Of a DNA stretch of 64,000 bases, positions 63,539 through 64,000 are shown in pieces. The stretch comes from Tubulanus polymorphus. Lineage: Eukaryota; Animalia; Nemertea. Below the pieces are notes generated by a model. The model did not search any database and had not been told where the DNA came from. It saw nothing but the letters and a program-made list of their open reading frames with translations. The first letter of the stretch is position 1; each line of letters starts with the position of its first letter. The position numbers and the translations under genes were made by a program. The stretch lies in assembly GCF_964204645.1 (NCBI RefSeq), contig NC_134027.1, positions 14,912,485 through 14,976,484 of the forward strand, given 5' to 3'.

Positions 63539-64000
63539 AACTAGGTGTCCAGGAACACCATGCCCACTTGGAAAGTGGTTTCAAATGCTCAATCTAACAA
63601 TTTTAATATTCAATGCCCCCTGGTGACCATATACAAAAGCCAATGGCCTTGAAACTCACCACAATCATAGAACATGTCAGCAGCTACAATTTAGCAATTG
63701 GTTTTGATAATAATATATGCCTCGGTACCAATAAAATATGAAAATACTAAGTTATTCTACTATTCAACGCCCCCTGGTGGCCATATGCAATACCAAATAA
63801 CCTTGACATTCACCACAATCATAGAAAATGTCATGAACTACAATTTAGCAATTGATTATGGTAACAAAATATGCTTATGTACCAATATATTAAGGAAATA
63901 CTAAGTTATTTTACTATTCAACGCCCCCTGGTGACCATAAATAATAATCAGTGACCTTGAAACTCAATACAATCACAGACCTTTTCATGAGCTACAACTT
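63539..64000 (-). mobile_element. HINE family A copy, cut by the window end
   Basis: AACTAGGTGTCCAGGAACACCATGCCCACTTGG start and three ~154-bp units. Confidence 0.85.

Overview
Repeat-dense, AT-rich animal (invertebrate-like) genomic DNA. The window lies inside one minus-strand host gene, an ELMO/CED-12 homologue. Five phase-consistent GT-AG exons are visible (44422-44475, 31103-31222, 21923-22042, 19924-20028, 2147-2252), separated by introns of 1.9-17.7 kb, with a further >=19.5 kb upstream in which I found no exon. The introns are filled with nested, mostly decayed transposons: a 10.5-kb CCC..GGG EnSpm/CACTA element (transposase plus an 8-exon DUF4806-type gene), a near-complete Kolobok, two Penelope elements with hammerhead ribozyme motifs, L2, Tx1/L1, RTEX-like and Gmr1-type Gypsy remnants, hAT/hAT5, Harbinger and piggyBac MITEs, and at least five families of Helentron-type non-autonomous elements (HINEs), some with ~137 or ~154 bp tandem arrays. 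Best leads: (i) HINE copies are almost all sense to ELMO but flip orientation inside the oppositely transcribed EnSpm; (ii) a candidate two-exon orphan gene nested in an ELMO intron; (iii) a ~300-bp hammerhead-bearing inverted-repeat mini-element with a 13-bp target duplication. All calls come from reading the sequence by eye, with no database search, so family names are motif-based. No rRNA, tRNA or CRISPR arrays were seen.
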